A stretch of DNA of 64,000 nt from Octopus vulgaris (lineage: Eukaryota): assembly GCA_951406725.2 (NCBI GenBank), contig OX597839.1, positions 10,788,001-10,852,000 of the forward strand, given 5' to 3'. Below the pieces are notes generated by a model. That model worked only from the letters and a program-made list of their open reading frames with translations. It searched no databases and was not told where the DNA came from. Positions 24,505 to 39,378 of this stretch are shown in pieces (position 1 is the stretch's first letter; the number at the start of each line of letters is the position of its first letter). Made by a program: the position numbers and the translations under genes.

Positions 24505-25884
24505 GACAGAGGAACACACACGTGCACACACAAATATTTTCAAATTACAACAAAACGTAAAATATATATAATAAACAATAACAACCAATGAATGAAATTG
24601 CATTTACCAGATAATACACTTGTAAAGCAGGCTCAAGTTGATCTTTATTAATCTAATTAAAACTTTTATAAATAGCTCTTCTTTTTTACTTTTTTTTCTA
24701 TGGAGAACAAAGTGTTACCTTTACAATTTTCGACTAACAATTTGCTTTCTGCTGGCCTTTCGACACGGTATTAAATTAAAATTATAATAAATTGTGACCA
24801 ATAAATAAATGGAGAGAGAGAGACTATAGATTAAGGCTAAGAGGCTGAGCGGTGGACTTACTCTACGAAGTGTATCAGATTTTAAATTAGCTAGATTTAT
24901 GCTGTCGTCTGGTTTTGACAGAGTGGTAGAGGTAGAAAGTGGTCCATACAATTTTCAGTTTGCAAATATTTGCTCTGTGAATTATGCCTGTAGCAATGGC
25001 GGTTACACGTCGACTGTGTACCATTGCCATCTGTGGGGGAAAAGGTAAAAAATAAATTAAATATAACAAGAGATATATTGTTGTATTTAGGAATGGTCAT
25101 TTTGCCAGTTCAGCCAATAAAAACACACGCACTATATATTTGGTGTTACTTTGCTTCAGTGTTATTTATTTTTTACATTAATCTTAATCTTATTTTGGCC
25201 AGAGTTCTTTCGTCACACTCCTGTGACCGCATCAGTGGTCCTTTGCTTTCTTCTTTCTTATTTGTGTGTCTCTCTTTATGTACAGTGAAGAGTGAGATTC
25301 AACACGACGGCTTGTATATTTATTCTTGATATGCTCCAGCAAAATGCTTAGCGGCATTTTATCCGTCTTTAAGATCTGAGTTCAAATTCCACCGAGGTCA
25401 ACTTTGCCTTTCATCCTTTCGGGGTCGATAAAGTAAGTACCAGTTGAGCACTGGAGTCGATATAATCAACTTACCTCCTCCCCATGAAATTACTGGCCTT
25501 GTGCTAAAATTTGAAATCAATATATTTCCAGCAGATTCGAATGTAGATATGCTATTTGCTGTTGTGTCCGACAATTAGCAGATGTCACTGCGGATCAGCG
25601 AACAAACTGCGATTATAAGCAAGACCATCGGTCGGATATTCCTCATTAATGAGACACAACATGTCGAAGCACTGGTGTCCCAGAATCCTTTGTATTAATG
25701 AATCGAGTGTCTTATGAATATATATTCATTGAAAAGGAGAAATTGTTCTCTTGAAATGAATACAACAGCGATTAGCATATCCACGTTCAAATCTGCCAGA
25801 ATGTATAAAGAATAAATATTCAAAGCACGGTATATTCTTATTAACGTGGGCAATAAAGAAATAAGAAATGGTAAATGGTTAAAG

Positions 25885-26800
25885 ATGGCTAGCTGGCAGA
25901 AACGTTAGCATGCCGGGCGAAATACGTAGCCGTATTTCGTCTGCCGTTACATTCTGAGTTCAAATTCTGCTGAGGCTGACTTTGCCTTTCATCCTTTCGG
26001 GATCGATAAATTAAGTACCAGTTCCGCACTGCTATCGATATAATCGGCTTAATCCATGTGTCTGTCCTTGTTTGTCCTCTCTATGTTTAGCCCCTAGTGG
26101 GTAATAAAGAAATAGGGTAGTAAAGAAATAGGTATTTCGTCTGCCATTACGTTCTGGGTTCAAATTCCGCCGAGGTCGACTTTGCCTTTCATCCTTTCGG
26201 GATCAATAAATTAAGTACCAGTTACGCACTGGGATCGATATAATCGACTTAATCTGTGTGTCTGTCCTTGTTTGTCCTCTCTATGTTTAGCCCCTTGTGG
26301 GTAGTAAAGAAATAGGTATTTCGTCTGCCATTACGTTCTGGGTTCAAATTCCGCCGAGGTCGACTTTGCCTTTCATCCTTTCGGGATCAATAAATTAAGT
26401 ACCAGTTACGCACTGGGATCGATATAATCGACTTAATCTGTGTGTCTGTCCTTGTTTGTCCTCTCTATGTTTAGCCCCTTGTGGGTAGTAAAGAAATAGG
26501 TATTTCGTCTGCCATTACGTTCTGGGTTCAAATTCCGCCGAGGTCGACTTTGCCTTTCATCCTTTCGGGATCAATAAATTAAGTACCAGTTACGCACTGG
26601 GATCGATATAATCGACTTAATCTGTGTGTCTGTCCTTGTTTGTCCTCTCTATGTTTAGCCCCTTGTGGGTAGTAAAGAAATAGGTATTTCGTCTGCCATT
26701 ACGTTCTGAGTTCAAATTCCACCGAGGTTGACTTTGCCTTTCATCCTTTTGGGGTCGATTAAATAAGTACCGGTTACGCACTGGGGTCGTTATAATCGAC
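25885..26800 (+). mobile_element. SINE-A with one head and five head-to-tail body units (period 184 bp)
   Basis: ggtatttcgtctgcc restarts at 26131, 26315, 26499 and 26683. Confidence 0.92.
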
Positions 26801-26859
26801 TAAAAAATCCTGTAAGACGGTGCTCCAGTAAGGCCGCAGTCAAATGACAATCAAGTAAA

Positions 26860-29410
<2,551 letters not shown>

Positions 29411-30310
29411 GTATATTTACCACACCAGAAAGGAGAAGCTTTATTAAAAGATTACAGATTCAAGTCATCACTGCAACTGTAAAAATCTGTAAAACTTTCC
29501 AAAAGTTTACCTTTTAAGAATATATGCATATGTCTTGACATATAACTATATGCATGGAATACATACTTAAAACAAGACATATAAAACTGCACATGCATTG
29601 ACTCCAAATACTGCACATGTACACACATACATGCAAAAATACCCTGTTGATGTTGTTGAAATTTCAGTGAAGGAGCCTTGGATCTAGGTTAGAAACTGGC
29701 TCTTTCGCTATTGGCAAGAAATCTTGAAACGAAACTGCTTAATGGCATACACACACACACACACACACATATGGTGGCTATCGATTCGTAGTTAACTAGG
29801 ACCAACTTCTGCACTCTTTTCGGCCTTTCTCTTCCTATCCATACCCCTCATGATATCTTGACCACCAACTATCACTCCTTTTCATTTTCTCTTCTTTCTT
29901 TCTTTCTTTCTTTCCTTGCTGATTCCCTTTAACCATTCTTTTCATTTTAACATACACATCTTTTCTCTCCCTTCTATCAACTTACTAGCACCAATACATT
30001 CTCAAAATTTAATTCACACCACAAGACCCCTTTGAATGAACAGCACATGGAATTTACATCTCCACACTTTCTATTTGTAATGACAAAATATGAACTCGTA
30101 TCGGAATTTACATACCATGGACAAGAAGCATCTCTACCACTCCTACACACCACTTTCCTCGGATAATGGAACTGCAACTATAACATCCTACATATATTTT
30201 TATTTTTACTTTTATTCTCTTATTTCCCTTTATACTTCTTATTTCCATCTTTTTTCAGAAAAACTCCTTTTATTGAACTCTGCTATTTCCCTCTATGTAA
30301 CCATCTCACA

Positions 30311-30362
30311 TAGTCTCTGATGAAGAGATATCCTTAGTATCCCAGAAACAGCTTTAAGACTA
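30311..30362 (+). ncRNA. Type I hammerhead motif (HH-C), slightly decayed
   Basis: tagtct-CTGATGA-a-gagata-tccttag-tatccc-a-GAAA-cagctt-TA-agacta. Perfect 6-bp stem I. Related 3' halves gaaacagctgtaag lie on the minus strand at ~61911 and ~63084. Confidence 0.75.
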
Positions 30363-30559
30363 ACTTTCTCGTTATAAATATCCTGAAAATTCCTCACAGC
30401 CTTGACATTGTTATAATTTTATTTAACATATACATGTTCATACAAGACCCGTATTAGACCCCTCACACGTTTTATTATTGAACCGAGAGTTTAACTACGG
30501 TCCTTCTATAGCACTTATATAGCCTTACCTGCCACCTGGGTCTTCTGGATACCAATGCC

Positions 30560-30671
30560 TCTTATATATATATGTATATATATATATATACATATATATA
30601 TACATATATATATACATATATATACATATATATATACATATATATATATACATATATATACATATATATAT

Positions 30672-30712
<41 letters not shown>

Positions 30713-30725
30713 TTATATATATATT

Positions 30726-30765
<40 letters not shown>

Positions 30766-30845
30766 CATATATATATACATTTATATATGTATATATATAT
30801 ATACATATATGTATATATGTGTATATATATATATACATATATGTA

Positions 30846-30887
<42 letters not shown>

Positions 30888-31060
30888 CATATATATTTAT
30901 ATATATAGTATATATACACATATATATAATATATATATATGTATATATATATATACATATATATATATGTATATATACTTATATATTTATATATATACAT
31001 ATATATTTATATATATATATGTATATATACATATATACTTATATATATAATGTATGTTAT
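30560..31060. repeat. (TA)n/(TACA)n microsatellite
   Basis: Directly visible. Confidence 0.95.
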
Positions 31061-31066
31061 ATATGT

Positions 31067-31329
31067 CATCATCATCATCATTTAGCATCCGCTTTCCATG
31101 CTAGCATGGGTTGGACGGTTCAACTGGGGTCTGTGAAGCCGGAAGGCCGCATCAGGCCCAGTCTGATCTGGCAGTGTTTCTACGGCTGGATGCCCCTCCT
31201 AACGCCAACCACTCCGTGAGTTTAGTGAGTGCCATTTACGTGCCACCCGCACAGGTGTCACATGGAGCTGGCAAACGGCCACGAACAGATGGTGCTTTTA
31301 CGTGCCACTGGCACGGGGGCCAGGCGAGG

Positions 31330-31330
<1 letters not shown>
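31067..31330 (-). mobile_element. Retroposon with a (GAT)n tail, RTE-associated-like (related pieces at 61738-61795 and 61930-62045)
   Basis: catcatcat-ttagcatccgctttccatgctagcatgggttggacggtt is shared between the loci. Confidence 0.65.
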
Positions 31331-31362
<32 letters not shown>

Positions 31363-31568
31363 TAGATAGATAGATAGATATAACATTTATCGCGAAAATA
31401 AGATGTGTGGGTTCGATTCCCACGCGTACTTAACCATTTATTTCCGTCGGAGGTTTATATGCCCTAATATCAGACTGTTTCTATAACCAGTATACGGTGA
31501 ACACTTATACGCATAAGTTTATAATTATATTTTACAGAATTCTCACTCGTCACCGTTTCTTAACATAA

Positions 31569-31611
<43 letters not shown>

Positions 31612-31989
31612 CAAACACACAGACACATCTGAGAGAGTCTTTATATTGCGCCTCTGAATGATTGATATGCTCTCAGACAATATAATCAGTGAATGTTATA
31701 CAAATTGATAATCGATATCATTCGAGGAAACTCAATATTATTCATAGATAACGATTAGATAATGTACCTCGGGTATTATTACATATTTTTCATTCATTTT
31801 TTTTTCCATCCGTCAAATACCCTGAAAGTGATATTCTATTAGCAGACGATAAAAAAAAATTATTATGCACTTGGTGGTTTTGTTTGCTTACTTAAGTCGT
31901 GACAATGGTAGACATAAAAACGAAAAGATTTGAATTAAAATCCTTCTCCAGTCTTAGATTATCGAAAATGTTCCAAATTAAGTTAAGTC

Positions 31990-32010
31990 AAATATTATTA
32001 TTATCATTAA

Positions 32011-32055
<45 letters not shown>

Positions 32056-32060
32056 CATTA

Positions 32061-32109
<49 letters not shown>

Positions 32110-32255
32110 GTAAAAGAAATCATCATTATCATCGACATCATCATCATAATTGTAATTATTATTATTATTATTATTATTATCATTATTATTATTATTGTTA
32201 TTATCATTATCATTATTATTATTATTATCATCATCATCATTATCATCATCATCAA

Positions 32256-32290
<35 letters not shown>
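31990..32290. repeat. (ATT)n/(CAT)n microsatellite
   Basis: Directly visible. Confidence 0.95.
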
Positions 32291-32292
<2 letters not shown>

Positions 32293-32347
32293 CGCCTTGC
32301 CCTCACTCAAATTTTGGGCTTTGTGCCAAAATTAGGAAGAATTATTA

Positions 32348-33150
32348 AGGAGATGGAATGGCAGAAACGTTAGCACACTGGACAAAATGCTTTGTGACAT
32401 TTAGACTGTCTTTATGTTCTAAGTTCAAATTTCGGCAAGGTCAGCTTTGTCTTTCATCCTTTCAGAGTCGATAAAATAAACACCAGCTCAGTACCAGGGT
32501 TGGTGTTATCGACTTCAACATCCACTCAAAACTGCTGGCCTTGTGCTAAAATTTCAAAGAATATTAGTGTTAATGTTCTTTTCTACTTTAGGCACCTGGC
32601 CCGAAAATTTTTTGCAGTGGGCCAGTCGATTAGATCGACCCCAGTATGCAACTGATACTTAATTTATCGACCCCAAAAGGATGTAAGGTAAAGTCAACCT
32701 CTGCGGAATTTGAACTCAGAACGTAACGGCAGATGAAATACCTATTTCTTTACTACCCACAAGGGACTAAATACAGAGAGGACAAACAAGGACAGACAGA
32801 CGGATTAAGTTGAATATATTGACCCCAGTAACTGGTACTTATTTAATCGACCCCGAAAGAATGAAAGGCAAAGTTGACCTAGGCGGAATTTGAACTTAGG
32901 ATGTAAAGACAGACAAAATACCTATTTCTTTACTACCCTCAAGGGACTAAATACAGAGAGGACAAACAAGGACAGACAGACGGATTAAGTCGAATATATT
33001 GACCCCAGTAATTGGTACTTATTTAATCGACCCCGAAAGGATGAAAGGCAAAGTCGACCTCAGCAGAATTTGAACTCAGAACGTAACGGCAGACGAAATA
33101 CTGCTAAGCATTTCGCCCGGCGTGCTAACGCTTCTGCCAGCTCACCACCA
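32348..33150. mobile_element. SINE-A2 (+, 32348-32565) and SINE-A with three body units (-, 32575-33150)
   Basis: Similarity to the other copies, with repeated junction gaaatacctatttc. Confidence 0.85.
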
Positions 33151-33404
33151 TTTTGAAATCAATATTTGTCGCTTGAAATCAATATCAGCGTTAACATTAA
33201 TGCTGTGTTAGTATAGTGTAATATTAGCACAACATTAGTGTGGTACTAATGTTACATTAGCGAAATAGTGTCACTTAACTGTAAGCATCAGTGTAAGTAC
33301 AGTGTAGCATTAATATAACTTTAACGTTAACCTAAACGCAAATATTGGTGTACCATTAGTGTATTTCTCTGAGTATTGTTAGTGTTGCATGAGTGGTATA
33401 TTTA

Positions 33405-33624
33405 ATGGGGATGTCCGGAAAGTATGTGCCGATTTATAGTAGCTTACCTTTCGACTTACCCTCCTAGGCACCTCAATTCTGGGAAGAGGGTATTTTCAAG
33501 TTAAGATGGAGACGCATTGTGCAACAAAATGGTTCATATTTGGTTGATTAAAAATGTAATGGCAAGTATTTATTGACATTTTTCTTTCCTTTAAGAATCG
33601 GCAAAAAGTTTCCGGACAACCCAA
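33405..33624 (+). mobile_element. 220-bp MITE of the same mariner family as 23862-24414
   Basis: Same TIRs (slightly decayed), TA flanks and shared subterminal sequence. Confidence 0.9.
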
Positions 33625-33754
33625 TAGTAAATTGGTGACCCATGTTAGTATATATAAGGGTCCATGAAAAGGGTTTGCCTTAGATGTATTTATTGCAGGA
33701 AACAGCTTGGTTTCTTTCTCTAACATTTTACATAGTTCAAGCTACACAAGTTAA

Positions 33755-34273
33755 TACCATAAATCCTTGAGTATAATCCGCAATTTTTCCCCAAAATTTA
33801 AAGGTCAAAATCCCTAGTGCGTACTATATACGAGGTTAAAAATGAAAATTATTTTCTAAGCAATGTCCAAGTCTCTATTTGCTGTCCAGCAATGTTTATT
33901 CAGATGCATTTTGTGATGTCGTGCCTGAAAATACCTTAAGCTAAGCCTGAAAGCAATGAAGTCATAAAAGAATCATCCATAACTTTCAGTAAGCAACATT
34001 TATTAAACGTTATTACTGTTATTTCTTTATTTTCTGCAAACAAAATGTACAAAAAAGCTGCACATTTGCATCATGTCATATATACAACAATAATAATAAA
34101 GGACGTTATCGTATACATTTTTACAAACCAAGGACGTTATATATACCTCCTTGACTCAAATTAGAGAAGGGGTGCGTATTATACACAAGGTTTAGGTTTT
34201 TCAGAGGTACAGCCCCCTAAAAATCCCATGCGTATTATACTCAAGGGTGGACTATACTCGAGAATTTACGGTA
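33755..34273. mobile_element. Non-autonomous Tc1/pogo-like DNA transposon
   Basis: TIRs taccataaatccttgagtataatcc / ggactatactcgagaatttacggta. A fragment of one end also lies at 17583-17638. Confidence 0.8.
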
Positions 34274-34661
34274 TTTAAAAAAGACAACACCACAACCACT
34301 ACCCTTATAAGTACCCACGACCATTTGGATATCGGTGTAACATCGGCGTTATACATGAAACTGTGTCACCGGCGTAACATCGCTACATAAGAAAGAAAAG
34401 AGGCCGGACGGGGGTATAATTGAACGGAGGCCAATTTCGATTGTTCTGGAAATTGTGTCTTTTAATTACCATTCTGAGAGACTGGAATATGTCCAAGTAT
34501 TAGCGAATTCTAATGGAATATTGGAAGAGTAATCATTGAACAGCAATAAATCTTGCAGACCGTTCGTGTCACAATAACTGTGTTTGTGTTTCTATGCGAG
34601 CATGTGTTTGTTGACGCACTGAAACACACACACACACACAGCCACATGTGTGTGCATATGT

Positions 34662-34699
<38 letters not shown>

Positions 34700-34973
34700 C
34701 ATATATATAGAGAGATACATTATTCATTTAACGGAACTATGTCGAAGTTTCGCCTGCAATGGCTCATCATGTATGAATACATATAAATTCATATACTACA
34801 TGTTTGTGTGTGTGTGTGTGTGTTTGTGTGTGAGTCTGTGCGTGCTGGTGTGTGCATGCGTGTGTGCGTGTAGGTACAGCCGTGGCTGTGAGGTTAAGAA
34901 GATTGCTTCCCAACTGTGTGGCCTGGGTTCAGTTGCAATGCACGGGACCTTGGGCAAATGAAACAGCTCAAAG

Positions 34974-35017
<44 letters not shown>

Positions 35018-35097
35018 CTATCTACATTCAGTCGCCATGATAGATCACTACACACATTTTTTCTCTCCTTGTTTCTCTCCTTGTTTTTTCTGTGTCC

Positions 35098-35133
35098 CTT
35101 TCTGTAGAAGAGCGTAGGCTCGAAACGTAAAAG
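35098..35133 (+). ncRNA. Minimal hammerhead-like motif with a variant core (HH-D)
   Basis: cttt-CTGTAGA-a-gagc-gtag-gctc-GAAAC-GTA-aaag, inside the repeat at 35040-35225. Confidence 0.6.
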
Positions 35134-35741
35134 ACTTTTTCTATTCCTGAGCGTTATACTAATACATCTGTTTGTTTTGTACACCACCTGTCTTCGTCTT
35201 TTGTCTTTTTCGTGAACTCTCCCTATATATATATATATATATATATATAACTACATTTGTGTTCTCTTTTTTATGTTTAACCCCACACCTAGGACCAACC
35301 CTGAGTCAGATCTACGTTTTAAATTGGTTTTGGTACTTTCATATTTTACAGTATCCTACAAACACTTCATATTTTCGTTGTTTTACCTTACTATGAGCTC
35401 AGTGTTATTGTGCCTAGCCATTTCTGGCGTCATACTTGATTCTATTGAGTCCTATGACTAATCTATATACATATATATATTATGCATCTTTTATCTTTTA
35501 CTTGTTTCAATTATCAGATTGTGGCCATACTGGGGCATCGCACTAAAGAATTTTTAGTCCAATGAATCGATCCTAATACTTTATTTAAGCCTGGTACTTA
35601 TTCAATTGATCTCTTGCCGACCCGCTAATGTTACGGGGACATAAACACACCAACTCCAGTTGTCAAATGGGGTGGGGAAGCTCAGACACATAGGCACACA
35701 CATAATACTTACATACATATACATACATATTCATACATATA

Positions 35742-35782
<41 letters not shown>

Positions 35783-36250
35783 AACAGTAGCATTGTCCTC
35801 TATGGGACCGCCACATTTAGTTGATAATATATGTATATATATATATATTATAGATATTACAATACAATAGTATTATTTTCCAGCGAAATAAAGCACCTTA
35901 AAAATAGAATTATAAATAGGGAATAGTGGCACAACAAGGTTCCAGTTTTTGCTGGAAATAGCTGTCGATAACCGTTTGACACTAGTTAAAGCTTCACTGA
36001 ATGTATAGAAGCAAAGATACGTGCGGGCGGTGAATATAAAGAAAAATTTTCGTCTTACCTCTAGGAAGAATGCCAGAGAAATAGGCAACCTACAACTGGG
36101 GTTTCGAAACTTTCAGAATACGCTAGGTTCTCGTCGGTTGGGTCTACAGAAAAGACCAAATTTAAAATATCCTCTGCATCAATGCCTGTATACTTGGCCA
36201 AAGGCTCCAGCCACAAACATCGCTTTTCGTTTGTTAAGAAGGTGGAAATG

Positions 36251-36491
36251 TGGTTTGAAGGCAGCGAGCTGGTGGAAACGTTAGCACGCCGGGCGAAATG
36301 CGTAGCTGTATTTCGTCTGCCGTTACGTTCTGAGTTCAAATTCCGCTGAGGTTGACTTTGCCTTTCATCCTTTCGGGGTCAATAAATTAAGTACCAGTTA
36401 TGCAATGGGGTCGATATAATCGTCTTAATATCCCTTTGTCTGTCCTTGTTTGTCTTCTCTGTGTGTAGCCCCCTTGAGGGCAGTAAAGAAA
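36251..36491 (+). mobile_element. SINE-A monomer
   Basis: 16-bp TSD taagaaggtggaaatg at 36235-36250 and 36492-36507. Confidence 0.9.
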
Positions 36492-36639
36492 TAAGAAGGT
36501 GGAAATGCGTCATGATGTTGGGAGAAGACTTGACTGCTCTTCTCCATCTGACTGCAGAGGGCGATACCGAGTAAAAAAAACAAAAAACAAGCTGCTTCAT
36601 TGTCATCGCTTTTGCTGTCACTGCTGCTGGCATTCTTGT

Positions 36640-37125
36640 TAATGTCATTATTATTATTATTATTATTATCAATGTTATTATTGCTGCTGTGTTGTTATTT
36701 ATTCATGTCCATGGCAGTGTTGTTGTTGTTGTTGTTGTTGGGGATGACATTCATATCATTGCCGTTGTTGTTGTAATTACTCGTGTTGTTATTTTTGATG
36801 ATTATGTAGTTGTTGTTGCTGTTGGTGGTGGTGATGGTGGTGGGTGGTGGTGGTAGTGGTGGTGGTGGTGGTGGTGGTGGTGGTGGATGGTGGTGGTGGT
36901 GGTGGTGGTGGTGGTGGTTGGGTGGTGGTGGTGGTGGTGGTGGTTGGGTGGTGGTGGTGGTGGTGGTGGTGGGTGGTGGTGGGTGGTGGTGATGGTGTTG
37001 ATGTTCCTTTTTTGTTGTTGCTGATGATGATATTGTTATTTTTTGTTGTTGTTGTTATTGTAGTTGTGATTGTTGCTATTATTATTGTTGCTGCTGTTGT
37101 TGTTGCTGTTCTTGTTGTTGTTTTT
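36640..37125. repeat. (GTT)n/(GGT)n microsatellite
   Basis: Directly visible. Confidence 0.95.
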
Positions 37126-37959
37126 ACCATTAGATCATAAAGTCAGCGACGAGGGTTGATCGAGGGCAGCTGGGGTGATTAGGGTGAGTAGGAACAGGGT
37201 GGGAGAATGGAAGGTGAGGTTATGTAGGCCGACTCGCAGTGTGGTTCAGAGGGTGAGTAGAGGTGTGAGTACAGGAAACAAGCTAAGTAGCAGGGCATGT
37301 GCCATTTCTAACGCCACCTGATCTGACCTTTAAGCGCTAAAGGTCACCTTCCAACAATTCATTGATTCTTGCCATTAATACACAGACTGGATGTGTGTGT
37401 GTATGTGTGTATGTTTGTGTGTGCGTGTGTGTGTGCACGAACACGTATGTGTGGGCACGGTGCATGTGTGTGTGCGTGTGAATATGTTGTGGTATATGTG
37501 TGCGTTTGTGTGGTGTAGTATACATATGAGCCTGTGCATACGTGTTTATGGTGTGTGTGTGTGTATGTCTTATCATTGCTGCTTGGCTTCAGGTCAACCC
37601 AGCCATGACTATCCACTCTTTTCTTTGTGCGGGGAACCTAGGGCCACATTATCCAATGTTTCAAGAACAAAATCCAACAAATGTGGGATACAAGTTAATT
37701 CATTTTATGTTGAAAGGAAAAACGTTTCGGAAGGTGGTCTTTCATCAGGAAACAGCAGATAAGTCAAAAAGAAATGGACAAAAGAAAGCTACGTGGGAGA
37801 AGGTTTTACGATGGAAGCTACAAAGTGAAACGAAATAAACGGCGGAAGTGGGTAGATCGGGATATCATTTCTAAACTATAAGAGCATTTTCAGCCAAGTG
37901 GAATAATGTATCAGTGTGTTTCTTAGAGCCAAGAAAAGTGTGATAATAATAATAATAAT

Positions 37960-38522
37960 AATGGTTTCAAATATTTCCACAAGAGCAACCATTTTGGGAG
38001 AGGGGATGAGTCGATTGCATCGACCCCAGTGTTTCACTGGTACTTAATTTATTGACCCCGAAAGGATTAAAGACAAAATGAACCACGGCGGAATTTGAAC
38101 TCAGAACGTAGCGACGGGAGAAATACCTATTTCTTTATTACCCACAAGGGGCTAAACATAGAGGGGACAAACAAGGACAGACATAGGTATTAAGTCGATT
38201 ACATCGACCCCAGTGTGTAACTGGTACTTAATTTATCGACCCCGAAAAGATAAAAGACAAAATCGACCATGGCGGAATTTGAACTCAAAACATAGCGACG
38301 GGAGAAATACCTATTTCTTTATTACCCACAAGGGGCTAAACATAGAGGGGATAAACAAGGACAGACATAGGTATTAAGTTGATTACATCGACCCCAGTGT
38401 TTCACTGGTACTTAATTTATTGACCCCGAAAAGATAAAAGACAAAATCGACCGTGGCGGAATTTGAACTCAGAACGTAGCAACGGGAGAAATAACGCTAA
38501 GTATTTCGTCCAGCGTGCTAAT
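37960..38522 (-). mobile_element. SINE-A with three body units and an A2-type tail
   Basis: Repeated gaaatacctatttc junctions at ~38120 and ~38303. Confidence 0.85.
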
Positions 38523-38524
38523 GA

Positions 38525-38825
38525 AAAGAACTGATGAACATGGATACGAAGACTAGAAAAGTGTTGACAGTGCATGGAGCCGTCCACCCTAAGAGTGACA
38601 CTGATGGGTCGCACTTGTCCAGAAGAAAGGGTGGGAAAGGTTTAATCATTTGCCAGAACTATATCGAAGAGGAGGAAAACAGTTTAGGACGGGATGTAAA
38701 AAGTACCGCGGAACCATTGTTGAAGCATGTGAAGAAGGCCGGTGTCATTAAAACTGGTGTGTTAAGAAAGAAAAGGCTTAAAGAGGAAAAGAACACAAAA
38801 ACCGAAACAGCATGGAAGGAGATGC
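38525..38825 (+). pseudogene. R4/Dong-like LINE RT C-terminal fragment
   Basis: MDTKTRKVLTVHGAVHPKSDTDGSHLSRRKGGKGLI matches the D.KTRK.LT..G..HPKSD..RLY..R..GG.GL signature. Confidence 0.75.
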
Positions 38826-38864
38826 TGTTTTTTGAGATCAGTGACGAAAAGTTACTCTCTCTTT

Positions 38865-39260
38865 TACTCTTTTACTCTTTTACTTGTTTCAGTCATTTGA
38901 CTGCGGCTATGCTGGAGCACCGCCTTTAGTCGAGCAAATCGACCCCGGGACTTATTCTTTGTAAGCCCAGTACTTATTCTATCGGTCTCTTTTGCTGAAC
39001 TGTTAAGTGACGGGGACGTAAACACACCAGCATCGGTTGTCAAGCAATGCTAGGAGGACAAACACATACACATATATACATATATATACATATATACGAC
39101 TGGCTTCTTTCAGTTTCCGTCTACCAAATCCACTCACAAGGCATTGGTCGGCCCAGGGCTATAGCAGAAGACACTTGCCCAAGATGCCACGCAGTGGGAC
39201 TGAACCCGGAACCATGTGGTTGGTTAGCAAGCTACTTATTACACAGCCACTCCTGCGCCT
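38865..39260 (-). mobile_element. Full-length SINE-B
   Basis: Reverse complement of the family consensus. Confidence 0.9.
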
Positions 39261-39321
39261 ATTTAGTTACTGGAAAAATGACATAAGTATTTGCATTGGG
39301 ACCCCTTTCATCGAAAACCAG

Positions 39322-39378
39322 TGATTGGCGTACGCTGATGACAGGTCAATACCTAGAAACTGCAGTCCGTGCGTATCA
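39322..39378 (+). ncRNA. Extended type I hammerhead ribozyme (HH-E) with a GUC cleavage triplet
   Basis: tgat-tg-gcgtacg-CTGATGA-c-aggt-caat-acct-a-GAAA-ctgcag-TC-cgtgcgt-atca. Stem I 7 bp plus bulge plus 4 bp, stem II 4 bp, palindromic stem III. Confidence 0.85.

Noticed and set aside
31403-31428. tRNA gene (gggttcgattccc T-arm)
   Set aside because: Only a B-box/T-arm hairpin is present, with no cloverleaf. The SINE heads elsewhere are likewise not tRNA genes.
37718-37755. Minus-strand CTGATGA..GAAACGTT
   Set aside because: Stem II is poor and stem I is not complementary, so it is at best a dead relic.
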